DNA from: a candidate division FCPU426 bacterium
GTDB lineage: Bacteria > Oederibacteriota > Muellerivitia > Muellerivitales > Muellerivitaceae
Assembly (NCBI GenBank): GCA_963738405.1
Contig: CAVTWJ010000001.1
Span: 64,001-128,000, forward strand
Direction: 5' to 3'
DNA: 64,000 nucleotides
The stretch's first letter is position 1, and each line of letters starts with the position of its first letter. A program made the translations under genes and the position numbers. Below are positions 48,070-57,267 of this stretch, one piece after another. The notes under the pieces were generated by a model that saw only the letters and a program-made list of their open reading frames with translations, did not search any database and was not told the origin of the DNA.

Positions 48070-48750
48070 TTAAACTTTCACCATCGACCCACCCCTGGTC
48101 GCGATCTGGTCAGAGGGCCAAACATGATCCCCCCGAAGGCCAGCGTGGGCCGTGCGCACCATGGCTTTGGCGATAACCTGGGCCGAGATGGGTTTGTATT
48201 TCTTGAGGGGCCCCGCGAATAAAAAAGAAAGAGGGGTTAAAGACCACTCCATCATTTTTCCCATCGGCCTTATTTCCTTGCGGTCCTTTTCCCCGGTGAT
48301 GAAGGAGGGCTGGAAGATGTGCAGGGCTTCAAAATGGATATCCTTGACCGCTTTTTCCATTTCCCCCTTGAGGCGGGTGTAGGGGAAAGAAGAATCCGGG
48401 TTCGCCCCCAGGGAGGAAACCACCAAAAATTGTTTGGCCTTGTTTTTGTGGGTGGTCTGGGCAAGTCGAACCACATAATCGTAATCGATTTTTCGGTAGG
48501 CTTCCGGGGTGGGCGATTTCTTACGAGTGGTGCCCAGGGCGCAGAAAACATCGTCCACCTGAACGTCCTTCAATACGTGTTTGAGGTGTTCGAAATTTAA
48601 GACCAACTCGGTCAATTTAGGATGCTTGAGCCCTAAGGAGGACCGAACCAGGATTGTGACATGGGAATAACCCGGGTCTTCCAGCAGTTCTGTGAGGCAG
48701 AAGCCCCCTACCAGGCCGCTTGCGCCCGCCAACAATGCTGTTCGTTTCAT
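48070..48750 (-). CDS. NAD(P)-binding oxidoreductase (YraR/TIP30-like)
   Basis: GASGLVG, FCALGTT, VSSLGA, Y..LKGE.E. Confidence 0.88.
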   Translation of the reverse strand: MKRTALLAGASGLVGGFCLTELLEDPGYSHVTILVRSSLGLKHPKLTELVLNFEHLKHVLKDVQVDDVFCALGTTRKKSPTPEAYRKIDYDYVVRLAQTTHKNKAKQFLVVSSLGANPDSSFPYTRLKGEMEKAVKDIHFEALHIFQPSFITGEKDRKEIRPMGKMMEWSLTPLSFLFAGPLKKYKPISAQVIAKAMVRTAHAGLRGDHVWPSDQIATRGGSMVKV

Positions 48751-48802
48751 GGATTTCCTTCCGGGTTCGGTTTAGAAAGTAATGAACTATTTCCTAGGCT
48801 GT

Positions 48803-48845
48803 CAGTATATGGGCGGGGAAGCGACTGGGCGAATTATTGGAGATC
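48803..48845 (-). repeat. 43-bp direct repeat copy 2 (promoter-like)
   Basis: CAGTATATGGGCGGGGAAGCGACTGGGCGAATTATTGGAGATC. Confidence 0.8.
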
Positions 48846-48993
48846 AAGGCAATTTTTTGGATTGTCGAACTCCTTATAGAGCGGGGAAGATTCTCGGCTA
48901 AAGGGTTGCCGGGAATTGGCGCGTTAAAGGACGATCACAATTTTTGGAAGTGGTAAAATATTCATAGATTCAAATATGTATTGTGAGGTCCAT

Positions 48994-49533
48994 ATGAAGA
49001 GACATTTATTAATAGCTTTATTTTTGTTGTCGCTTTTTGCGACTTGGGCTTGCCGCCCTATTCTTCCGGTTCCCCCTAGTTCTGTACCAACTCCTACCCC
49101 AACGATCGTCCCTGGTTGTGGGGTGTCCATTCTTCTTGCACCGAATTCGTTGCAATTTTCCATTCTTTCCTCCCCAGTGACGGTCGCGACCCCGGCGATG
49201 ACACCTATAGGGGCCCCGGTAACGAGTGTGGGTTGGCCGGGAGTTATCCGGAATTTTTCGGACTGGCAAACGGCATATGGTTCGGTGGCACCTCCGGTTG
49301 ATTTCAACCAGAAGATGCTTCTTCCCATGACCTTTTACGATGGTTGCGGGGGAGGTAATTGGGTTGAAAGTGTTTGTTGGGACGATACCCAGATAACGGT
49401 TGAGGCGGCAAGTTGGATTCCCCGACCAGGTGGTCCCGTCTGTAATGCAACCTTACTTCCCTCAGCTTGTTTAATTGTGGTACCCCAGACGAATCTTCCC
49501 ATCGTGTCCATTGGCCAAGCGGAATATTGGTAA
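48994..49533 (+). CDS. Putative lipoprotein (PrcB C-terminal-like)
   Basis: Signal ending TWAC; PPVDFNQKM...GGG..VESV pattern. Confidence 0.55.
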   Translation: MKRHLLIALFLLSLFATWACRPILPVPPSSVPTPTPTIVPGCGVSILLAPNSLQFSILSSPVTVATPAMTPIGAPVTSVGWPGVIRNFSDWQTAYGSVAPPVDFNQKMLLPMTFYDGCGGGNWVESVCWDDTQITVEAASWIPRPGGPVCNATLLPSACLIVVPQTNLPIVSIGQAEYW

Positions 49534-49607
49534 GTGAAGCCCTGAGTTTAAATTTGTGAAGGGGTTTGATAGAACAATTGATTTGAAAGCAAATGAATTA
49601 AAGAATG

Positions 49608-49634
49608 AGGCGAACCTTAGGGTTCGCCTTTTTT
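49608..49634 (+). terminator. Intrinsic terminator
   Basis: AGGCGAACC-TTAG-GGTTCGCCT then T run. Confidence 0.8.
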
Positions 49635-49725
49635 ATTATGAACCCTGGATTCCTTTTTTCTGAGTAATAGGTTGGAATGGTTAAGATCAACAATTGAATC
49701 CTAAAACACCAAGGGGGCAAACGAA

Positions 49726-50847
49726 ATGAAGGGCATTCAAAAGGTTCTGGTTCTTTCCGTTTTGGTGTTGGGTTTACCTGCACGCCCCTGGGCCGACGCG
49801 GCTTCGCGTTTGTTGACGGCACCCGGATTTGAAGTTTCAATTTTCGCATCCCAATTGGGAAGCGCCCGGGGCATGGCCCTTTCGCCCGACGGAGTGCTTT
49901 ACGCCTGCGAAATGAAAGAGGGCCAAGTGGTGGCCTTGTTAGACCCCGGCCAAACCGGGGCATCTACTGAAACCAAAGTTATTATTGAAGAACTGCATCA
50001 CCCCCACAGCCTGGCTTTTTACAAAGGTTCACTCTATGTAGGTGAATCGGACCGCGTGTCGCGCTTTACCCTGACCGACCACCTTTTACACAGGGAAGAC
50101 GGCCAAACCATTGTGGCGCTTCCGGATGGCGGGGCCCATACAACCCGCACCATCCTCTTTGGGCCGGACGATAAGCTTTATATTTCCATCGGAAGTTCCT
50201 GCAACGTTTGCGAAGAAACAGACGAACGCCGCGCCACCATTTGCCGATGCAATCCCGACGGGTCCGAGTTTGAGATTTACGCCAAGGGATTGCGAAACGC
50301 GGTGGGGATTACTTTTCGCCCCGGCACCCAGGACCTTTGGGCCACCTGCAATGGAAGGGACTGGTTAGGCGATAACCTGCCGCCCGAATGTTTTTACCAA
50401 GTCCAACAGGGCAAGCATTACGGCTGGCCCTATTCCTACACGCTCAACGGCAAAATTGTGCCCGATCCCGATTTTGGGGATAAGGGTATCCGCCAAACCG
50501 GCCTGCCCGTTTTTGAATATCAGGCCCATTGCGCCCCCCTGGGCCTTACCTTTTACACGGGATCGGCTTTCCTGGAAAAATACAAGAATGGGCTTTTTGT
50601 CTGTTTCCACGGCAGTTGGAACCGGCTGATTCCGGTGGGTTATAAGGTGGTCTTTTTTCCCTTTGTCGGAAAAGGCGGAAAGAAGATTGGGCCCGGCGAG
50701 GATTTTTTGGGTTTTCGGTTGAGAGACGGGGAGCGGGTGGGAAGGCCCGTGGATGTTCTAACCGGGCCCCATGGCGAACTTTTTATTTCCGATGATGACG
50801 GCGGACGAATTTTTAAGGTGGTTTATAAAAATAAAAAGGCCGATTAA
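49726..50847 (+). CDS. Glucose/sorbosone dehydrogenase-family beta-propeller
   Basis: PGFEVSIFA, HTTRTI.FGPD, GSSCN, GLRNAVG, HYGWPY, AH.APLG, HGSWNR, GRPVDV. Confidence 0.88.
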   Translation: MKGIQKVLVLSVLVLGLPARPWADAASRLLTAPGFEVSIFASQLGSARGMALSPDGVLYACEMKEGQVVALLDPGQTGASTETKVIIEELHHPHSLAFYKGSLYVGESDRVSRFTLTDHLLHREDGQTIVALPDGGAHTTRTILFGPDDKLYISIGSSCNVCEETDERRATICRCNPDGSEFEIYAKGLRNAVGITFRPGTQDLWATCNGRDWLGDNLPPECFYQVQQGKHYGWPYSYTLNGKIVPDPDFGDKGIRQTGLPVFEYQAHCAPLGLTFYTGSAFLEKYKNGLFVCFHGSWNRLIPVGYKVVFFPFVGKGGKKIGPGEDFLGFRLRDGERVGRPVDVLTGPHGELFISDDDGGRIFKVVYKNKKAD

Positions 50848-50956
50848 AGACCCGAGAATAAAGCGGCCAACCAGTTTCTTTTTTTTCTCAATGACAACCC
50901 AACTCTCAAAATGATTGAATCCCTCCAACCGGCGCCTTCTTCCGATTTCAACTACC

Positions 50957-50999
50957 TTTGACTTAAGTCACAGTGGGTTTAAACTCCATCCGCTATAAA
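50957..50999 (+). promoter_or_regulatory. Crp/Fnr-type box and -10 element of norB
   Basis: TTTGA-CTTAAG-TCACA (50957-50972); TATAAA at 50994. Confidence 0.75.
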
Positions 51000-51040
51000 G
51001 GTTGAGCCCTGGGGAGGGGTATCACTCTAGGAGGAAACCT

Positions 51041-53302
51041 GTGGAAATTTCGAAAGCTTGGCGGCACGCGGCAATTCTGGTTCTGGTCGTGGGTTTTACC
51101 GTCCTCATGTTCATGGGGAAAAATCTTTACGATAACGCGCCACCCATCCCTGCCAAGGTGATGGACGCCTCCGGCCAAACCCTTTTCACGGGTGATGATA
51201 TTTTGGCGGGCCAGGCGGTTTTTCAAAGATACGGCCTGATGGATTACGGTTCGGTGTTCGGCCACGGGGCCTACCGGGGCCCGGATTTCACCGACGATTA
51301 CCTGCACCGCTCGGCCTGGATTCAAAGGGACATCAAAGCCCAGGCCCAACTCAAGCAAACCTACGCCGCCCTATCCGACCCGCAAAAGGCCCAGATCGAC
51401 CAGCAGGTGGTGGCCGACGCCAAAACCAACCGATACGACGAATCAACAAAGACCCTGACCTGGACAAAAGAACAAACCCAGGCTTTGCCGCCTTTGACGG
51501 CGGTTTACGTCGACATGTTCATCAACGGCGGCGCGGACCACACCCTGCCATTGAACTACATCAAATCGACCGATGAAGTCCAAAAGCTAACCTACTTCTT
51601 CGCCTGGACCTCCTGGGTGGCTTCCACCCAAAGGCCGGGGAAAAATTACAGCTATACCAACAACTGGCCCCCCGAGGACGCCGTGGGCAACCGGCCCACG
51701 AAGGCCGTATTTCTTTGGAGCGCCCTGTCGCTTATTTCCCTCCTGGGCGGCATCGCGGTGGTGCTGATGTTCTTCGGGCGGTTCGACTACCTGGGCTGGG
51801 GCGGGGACGAACCCGCCATTCGTAAAAGCATCCCCTTGAAGGACTTCAAGGTCACCCCGAGCCAGGTGGCCACCTATAAATATTTCCTCATTGTGGCCCT
51901 GCTCTTCGCCTTCCAGACCCTGATGGGCGTCTTCACGGCCCACTATTTCGTGGAAGCCACGGGCTTTTACGGTATCGACATTAGAAACATCCTTCCCACC
52001 ACCATCACCCGTACCTGGCATCTTCAGCTTTCCATATTCTGGATCGCGACCGCCTGGCTGGCGGCCGGGCTGTTTATCGCGCCCTTCATCGGCAAGCGGG
52101 AACCCAAGTACCAGGCCTTTTGGGTGAACGTATTGTTCGGGGCGGTGGTGCTGGTGGCGGTCGGGTCCATCGTTGGCGAGTACCTCGGTATCAAAGCGCA
52201 GTTGGGCCAATATTGGTTCTGGTTCGGCCACCAGGGCTGGGAATATTTGGAACTGGGCCGGTTTTGGCAGGCCCTGCTGACGGCGGGCATGGTGATCTGG
52301 GCCATTCTGGTGGTCCGGGCCGTCTGGGGCAGGCTGAAGGGTAAGGATTGGGGAAGCATGCCTTACCTGCTGGTGTACGCCATCGTGGCTATTCCCCTGA
52401 TGTTCTCGGCGGGCATGCTTTATACCCCCAAGACCAACTTCGCCATCGCGGATTTTTGGCGCTGGTGGGTGGTCCACTTGTGGGTTGAGAGCTTCTTTGA
52501 ACTATTCACGACCGTCGTGGTGGCCTACTTCTTCGTGATCCTGGGGCTCGTCACCACCAAGACCGCCATTCGGGTCGTGTACCTGGACATCATCCTCTTC
52601 CTTGGGTCGGGCATGATCGGAACGGGACACCATTACTACTGGACCGCCCAGCCCGCCATCAACCTGGCGCTGGGAGCCTTCTTTTCGGCCATGGAAGTGG
52701 TTCCGCTGCTCCTCCTAACCCTGGAAGCTTACGACTTCGCCAAGCTCCGGAGCGGGGAAGCGGGAACGAAAGAAGATGACGGCTTTTTCGCGCACTACTG
52801 GGCCATCATGTTTCTCATCGCGGTGGGTTTCTGGAACTTCCTGGGCGCGGGGGTTTTCGGCTTTCTCATCAATTTGCCCATCGTCAGCTACTACGAGCAC
52901 GCCACCTACCTGACGCCCAACCACGGCCATGCGGCCCTGATGGGGGTCTACGGCAATCTGGCCATCGCGGCCCTGGTTTTCGTGCTGAGGTTCCTGGTAA
53001 AGCCGGAGTTTTGGTCCAACCGCCTGCTCAAGGTTTCGTTCTGGTCCTTGCAGATCGGTCTGATGATGATGCTGATGCTTGATATCTTCCCGGTGGGGAT
53101 CATGGAAATGGTTCAAAGCTATACCCACGGTTACTGGTTCGCCCGCAGCCCCGAATTCTGGAACCAGCCGATCGTACAGAAACTCACCTGGGCCCGCATG
53201 GCGGGGGACCTGGTTTTCTGTGTCGGAGGTGTACTGCCCTTGCTTTATTTCACCGCCAGGTCCATGTTTCACCTGAAGAAGGCCGACCTGATTGAGGGGT
53301 AG
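51041..53302 (+). CDS. norB: Quinol-dependent nitric oxide reductase (qNor)
   Basis: GSVFGHGAY.GPDFT, YTNNWP, RTWHLQ, EYLELGR, WVVHLWVE.FFE, GTGHHYYW, HGHAALMG; GTG start after AGGAGG. Confidence 0.95.
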   Translation: MEISKAWRHAAILVLVVGFTVLMFMGKNLYDNAPPIPAKVMDASGQTLFTGDDILAGQAVFQRYGLMDYGSVFGHGAYRGPDFTDDYLHRSAWIQRDIKAQAQLKQTYAALSDPQKAQIDQQVVADAKTNRYDESTKTLTWTKEQTQALPPLTAVYVDMFINGGADHTLPLNYIKSTDEVQKLTYFFAWTSWVASTQRPGKNYSYTNNWPPEDAVGNRPTKAVFLWSALSLISLLGGIAVVLMFFGRFDYLGWGGDEPAIRKSIPLKDFKVTPSQVATYKYFLIVALLFAFQTLMGVFTAHYFVEATGFYGIDIRNILPTTITRTWHLQLSIFWIATAWLAAGLFIAPFIGKREPKYQAFWVNVLFGAVVLVAVGSIVGEYLGIKAQLGQYWFWFGHQGWEYLELGRFWQALLTAGMVIWAILVVRAVWGRLKGKDWGSMPYLLVYAIVAIPLMFSAGMLYTPKTNFAIADFWRWWVVHLWVESFFELFTTVVVAYFFVILGLVTTKTAIRVVYLDIILFLGSGMIGTGHHYYWTAQPAINLALGAFFSAMEVVPLLLLTLEAYDFAKLRSGEAGTKEDDGFFAHYWAIMFLIAVGFWNFLGAGVFGFLINLPIVSYYEHATYLTPNHGHAALMGVYGNLAIAALVFVLRFLVKPEFWSNRLLKVSFWSLQIGLMMMLMLDIFPVGIMEMVQSYTHGYWFARSPEFWNQPIVQKLTWARMAGDLVFCVGGVLPLLYFTARSMFHLKKADLIEG

Positions 53303-53392
53303 ACTTTCTTAATACCCTTGAAGCCGTTCATCCATTCCAGACTGGGGGAGCCGGTTTGGAATGGATCTACTGGGCCTGTTTGGGAGAAATAC

Positions 53393-53839
53393 ATGAAACG
53401 CGAAAAATACCTTTGGCCCTTGAGCCAATCCCACCACCGGGCACTGGTGGCCGCCAAGAGAGTAAAGGAACAACTGTCTTCTATCCCCCGGGGGGAAGAG
53501 ACAAGCCGATTGTTGAAAATTTCTTCTGAATTAAAAGAACTGATTGATGCCGAACTGCGCCAGCATTTTTGGGACGAGGAAAGAATAGTGGGCCTCTTTG
53601 AGGGCCGGATGGGATATGACGATCCTGACGCTATGAGGTTAAGAAAAGACCACCGGCATTTGGAATCGCTTCTCGCCCAACAAACCGGTGAAAGCTTTCT
53701 TCAGTTCGCCGAGGTTTTGGTGCTCCATATCCGTTTTGAGGAAGACATTCTTTTCGGAAGAATTGAGAAGGTTTTGAGTGAGGCGGAAATAAAAACCGTT
53801 TCGGGAATGCTGGTCCCTGCTTCGTGCGAAAAAGCTTAA
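53393..53839 (+). CDS. Hemerythrin-domain protein
   Basis: PLS..HH, HF.DEE, DH, HIRFEE..LF. Confidence 0.8.
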   Translation: MKREKYLWPLSQSHHRALVAAKRVKEQLSSIPRGEETSRLLKISSELKELIDAELRQHFWDEERIVGLFEGRMGYDDPDAMRLRKDHRHLESLLAQQTGESFLQFAEVLVLHIRFEEDILFGRIEKVLSEAEIKTVSGMLVPASCEKA

Positions 53840-54507
53840 TCTTCGCCGGTGTAATCCCGAAGCCCCTCGATATCCAACAGCGTAATTTGATGACGGCCGT
53901 CGGTGGAAACCAGTTTTTCCTTTTCCAACTTGGCTAGGGCGCGGGAAACCACTTCCCGTACCGTTCCTAAGCGGGCGGCGATGGCCGGGTTGGCGGGCAG
54001 GGGAAGTTTTTTGGTCTTTTTCTCCTCGAATTCCTGCAAAAGATAGGCGGCCAAACGCTGGTCTACCTCCCTGAGTGAAAGCGATTCGACCAGGGCGGAT
54101 GTTTTTCGAAGCCGGGCGGCCAAGAGCCGGACGGCGCCCAGGGCGATGGCCGGGTGGCTGAGGAAGACCCGGTTCACAGCCTCCTTGGAAATAAAAAGCA
54201 CCTCGCTTTCTTCCTCTGCGCAGACGGTGGAGGGGTAGGGACGCCCGTCAAATACCGGGACTTCCGCGATGGTGGAACCGGCCTTTTCCACATGAATCGT
54301 CTGTTCCCGGCCTTCATCGTTGGACCGGTAGGCCCGCAGGGAACCCTTAACGACCACATAGAGGCCCTTGGCCGCGTCCCCGGCGGTAAAGAGTATCTCG
54401 CCCTTGCCCAAACGGCGTTCCGTGCAAACCTTCGAAACGGCCTGGAGTTCCTTAGGCTTGAGGGAGCCGAACATTTCGGTTTTTTTCAAGGCGACGATGT
54501 TGTCCAT
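53836..54507 (-). CDS. Crp/Fnr-family regulator (Dnr/HcpR-like)
   Basis: cNMP-like domain LF..GD....LY.V..G, AEVPVFDG..YP; HTH IAARLGTVREVVSRAL; no FNR Cys cluster. Confidence 0.9.
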   Translation of the reverse strand: MDNIVALKKTEMFGSLKPKELQAVSKVCTERRLGKGEILFTAGDAAKGLYVVVKGSLRAYRSNDEGREQTIHVEKAGSTIAEVPVFDGRPYPSTVCAEEESEVLFISKEAVNRVFLSHPAIALGAVRLLAARLRKTSALVESLSLREVDQRLAAYLLQEFEEKKTKKLPLPANPAIAARLGTVREVVSRALAKLEKEKLVSTDGRHQITLLDIEGLRDYTGED

Positions 54508-54528
54508 GCCCCCATCATAACTTCGGGC

Positions 54529-54571
54529 CGTGACCTAAGTCACCGACTTCCATTGGGGGTATTCATAAGAT
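54529..54571 (+). promoter_or_regulatory. Crp/Fnr-type box and -10 element of ric
   Basis: CGTGA-CCTAAG-TCACC (54529-54544); TAAGAT at 54566. Confidence 0.75.
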
Positions 54572-54603
54572 GCGATGGTTGAACAACATTCCAGGAGGAA
54601 TCC

Positions 54604-55338
54604 ATGAAAGCCGAATCCACTCAAACCGTGGCCAGCATCGCGACCGAGTATCCATCCAGCATTCCCTTGTTCGAAAATTTAAAGATCGATTATTGCTGTG
54701 GCGGAAACAAAACCCTTCAGGAAGCCTGTGAAAAATCGGGGGCTTCATTGGAAAAGACGATCCAATCCCTAGAGGTCATTTCCGTGTCGCCCGAGCGGGA
54801 AAAGGACTGGTCGAAGGGAAGCGTCGCCGAATTGGTGGAATTTTTAACGGCCAAACACCACGCCTATACCCGTGATCAGTTGGCGCTTCTGGATAAATTA
54901 TCGGATAAGGTGGCCCGAGTTCACGGCCCCAACCACCCCGAACTTCTTGAATTGCGGAAAGTGTTTTTAGCGATCGATGGGGACTTACAGCCCCACATGC
55001 TCAAGGAAGAACAAATAGCCTTTCCCTATCTCCTGGCGCTGGAAAAATCGGTCCAGAGCGGGAACCGTGAGGACCTCTTTTTTCCTTATGAGGTTTTTAA
55101 AAGCCAGCCCCAGCAGGTTCTGATGGCCGACCATGAGACGGTGGGCGAACAATTGAGGGAAGCGCGCCGTTTGACGGAAGATTTCACCCTGCCCCAAGGC
55201 GCTTGCGTGACCTTTCAGGCCTACTACCGGGCGTTTATGGAGCTGGAAGAGGACCTGCACCGCCATATCCATCTGGAAAACAATGTTCTTTTCCCCATGG
55301 CCGAGAAGCTGGCGGGGGAACCGGCGGCTGCCCTCTAA
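54604..55338 (+). CDS. ric: Iron-sulfur cluster repair di-iron protein (YtfE/ScdA)
   Basis: IDYCCGG, HHAY, VHG, HMLKEE, DH, HIHLENNVLFP. Confidence 0.95.
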   Translation: MKAESTQTVASIATEYPSSIPLFENLKIDYCCGGNKTLQEACEKSGASLEKTIQSLEVISVSPEREKDWSKGSVAELVEFLTAKHHAYTRDQLALLDKLSDKVARVHGPNHPELLELRKVFLAIDGDLQPHMLKEEQIAFPYLLALEKSVQSGNREDLFFPYEVFKSQPQQVLMADHETVGEQLREARRLTEDFTLPQGACVTFQAYYRAFMELEEDLHRHIHLENNVLFPMAEKLAGEPAAAL

Positions 55339-55365
55339 CCGCCCGTCATCGCGAAGGGCCCGGCC

Positions 55366-55944
55366 TCAGCCGTGGCCCTTTTGTTCCTTAAAGAAAACCG
55401 AAGGGAAGATACCGACCATGATATTTCGGGTCTTTTCGTCGAGTTCCGCGTCGCTGGCGCGCAGGGTGATGAAATGCACCATCGTGGCAAGACCCTTAAC
55501 CGAATAGGGCTTGAAGTTGAGCAGGAAGGGTTCACCCCCATCTTTACGGGCGAAGATCATCAGGTAAGGGCCCATGCGAGGGTCCACCTTTCCCAGACCG
55601 CCCTTGAGGGGAATTCCCTCTAAGTTGAAATCCTGGGTTCCGGAAATCACTTTCGAAATCTCCTCCCATTGAATACCCTTTCGGCGCATGAGGATGGAGG
55701 TGTGATGGATGCCCTTTTCATCCAAACCTAAGCCGCTCGAACGAAACTGAAGGTAGGCCCCGTAAAGGGTTAGCAAGATCCCCATTGCCCAGGCGGTGGG
55801 GTCGGGATTTTTCAGGTCACTCAGACAACCGTAGAGAAGAAAGAGCCCGAACAGCAGGATCATGATTTGAAAGAATCGCATGATCATGTCCACCGGCACC
55901 CGGTAGGGCAATTGGGCCGTTGCATCTACCTTTGTTTTTTCCAT
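55366..55944 (-). CDS. Hypothetical membrane protein (two TMs plus bacterial PH-like region)
   Basis: Two TM segments, LDEKGI...IQWEEISKV; GGGAGG RBS. Confidence 0.6.
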   Translation of the reverse strand: MEKTKVDATAQLPYRVPVDMIMRFFQIMILLFGLFLLYGCLSDLKNPDPTAWAMGILLTLYGAYLQFRSSGLGLDEKGIHHTSILMRRKGIQWEEISKVISGTQDFNLEGIPLKGGLGKVDPRMGPYLMIFARKDGGEPFLLNFKPYSVKGLATMVHFITLRASDAELDEKTRNIMVGIFPSVFFKEQKGHG

Positions 55945-56006
55945 CTGTTCCTCCCGATACTTGATGTTCTGCGCTTGGATTTTACCAGCAATATGAGCGG
56001 CAAAAA

Positions 56007-56036
56007 GTTACCAAAATGGGAACATTGTGGTAGGAT
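56007..56036 (+). promoter_or_regulatory. higBA operator and extended -10
   Basis: GTTACCA-AAA-TGGGAAC imperfect palindrome; TG-n-TAGGAT 6 nt before the ATG. Confidence 0.6.
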
Positions 56037-56042
56037 AGGTTC

Positions 56043-56419
56043 ATGAGAGTCATCAGCCGCAGGCGCTTGCGGGAATTCTGGGATAGCCCCGTGGGGAAAG
56101 GCGCTTCCGAGCATCTTCGTTCCTGGTTCAGGGAAGCGCGGCAAGCTGATTGGAGGGGGCCGTTTGACATCAAGGCGGAATACCCCGTCGCCAGCATCCT
56201 CAAAAACGGTAGGGTTGTCTTTAATATCAACGGCAACAAGTTTCGGCTGGTAGCCGTCATTCGATACGATCTAGGGATCGTCTTTATCCGCTTCGTGGGG
56301 ACACATGCCGACCTTCAAATGAAGCTTTCAAAGAGGTCGGTATAGCACCGATTCCGTAAAAGCTTAATTTCGAATCGGTGCACACCCAATACGACCGGAT
56401 TAACGCGCAGGAGGTTTGA
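56043..56419 (+). pseudogene. higB: HigB toxin interrupted near its 3' end by a 77-bp insertion
   Basis: MRVISRRRLREFW...RVVFNINGNKFRLV...FIRFVGTHA; native tail QYDRINAQEV-stop lies in another frame at 56387-56419. Confidence 0.85.
56306..56382. mobile_element. 77-bp double-hairpin insertion (MITE/REP-like)
   Basis: TGCCGACCT..AGGTCGGTA and GCACCGATTC..GAATCGGTGC hairpins; removing 77 bp restores the higB frame. Confidence 0.65.
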
Positions 56420-56421
56420 TA

Positions 56422-56793
56422 ATGAAATTCAAGGTTTTGAAGAACGAAAAAGAATATCGACAGGCCCTCAAACAGGTCGAGGCGCTGTGGGATGCCCCCA
56501 AAGCCTCTGCCCGGGCCAATGAACTGGAACTATGGGCAAGCCTGGTGGAAGCTTACGAAAGCAAACATGACCCCATTCCGGATCCGGACCCTATCGAAGC
56601 CGTCAAATTCCGCATGGAACAAATGGGGCTCAAACCAACCGACTTAGCCAAATACCTGGGGGGAAGGGGCCGGGTTTCGGAAGTGTTGAACCGCAAACGT
56701 CCGCTATCGGTCGCGATGATGAGAAGCCTTTATCAAAACCTTCATATACCCGCCGAATCCCTTCTGGCGGAACCTTCCGCGAAATATCGTTGA
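56422..56793 (+). CDS. higA: HigA antitoxin (HTH)
   Basis: EY.QAL, LVEAYE, PDPIEAVKFRMEQMGL...DL...LG...RVSEVLNRKRPLS. Confidence 0.93.
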   Translation: MKFKVLKNEKEYRQALKQVEALWDAPKASARANELELWASLVEAYESKHDPIPDPDPIEAVKFRMEQMGLKPTDLAKYLGGRGRVSEVLNRKRPLSVAMMRSLYQNLHIPAESLLAEPSAKYR

Positions 56794-56842
56794 GGAGAAA
56801 AAAGGGGCTAGGCCGACTCATAATCCGTTTTGAATTGGTACT

Positions 56843-57211
56843 ATGAAAAAACCCTTCAAAACCGTTGATGCCTATATTGCCAACGCTCCCGCTTCGGCCC
56901 GCAAAAAGCTGAAGGAGGTCCGCGCTGCGATCCGCAAGGCCGCCCCAAAGGCCGAAGAAAAAATCAGCTATAGCATGCCCTATTACGGCTACCTGGGAAG
57001 GCTGGTTTATTTCCGATTAGGGAAAGGCTATATCGGCCTATATATCCCTTCTCCCGTGGTGGATGAGCATAAGAAGGAGCTGAAAGGTTATTACGCCGTC
57101 GCGGCGACCGTGCATTTGCCTTTGGATAAAAAGATTCCGGTGGGGTTGATTCAAAAGCTGGTGAAGGCCCGCATGAAGAAGAACTTAGCGAAGTACAAAA
57201 AGGCTGTATAA
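56843..57211 (+). CDS. DUF1801/YdhG-like protein
   Basis: TVDAYI, IRKAAPKAEEKISYSMP.Y, LPLDKKIP. Confidence 0.85.
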   Translation: MKKPFKTVDAYIANAPASARKKLKEVRAAIRKAAPKAEEKISYSMPYYGYLGRLVYFRLGKGYIGLYIPSPVVDEHKKELKGYYAVAATVHLPLDKKIPVGLIQKLVKARMKKNLAKYKKAV

Positions 57212-57267
57212 TTTTCTCAACTTAGGAGCTTGAACTGAAACTATTTAAGAGAAAGTACGTCATCTAC

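Noticed and set aside
51587..53272. Long minus-strand ORFs within norB
   Set aside because: Antisense shadows of a well-supported qNor gene
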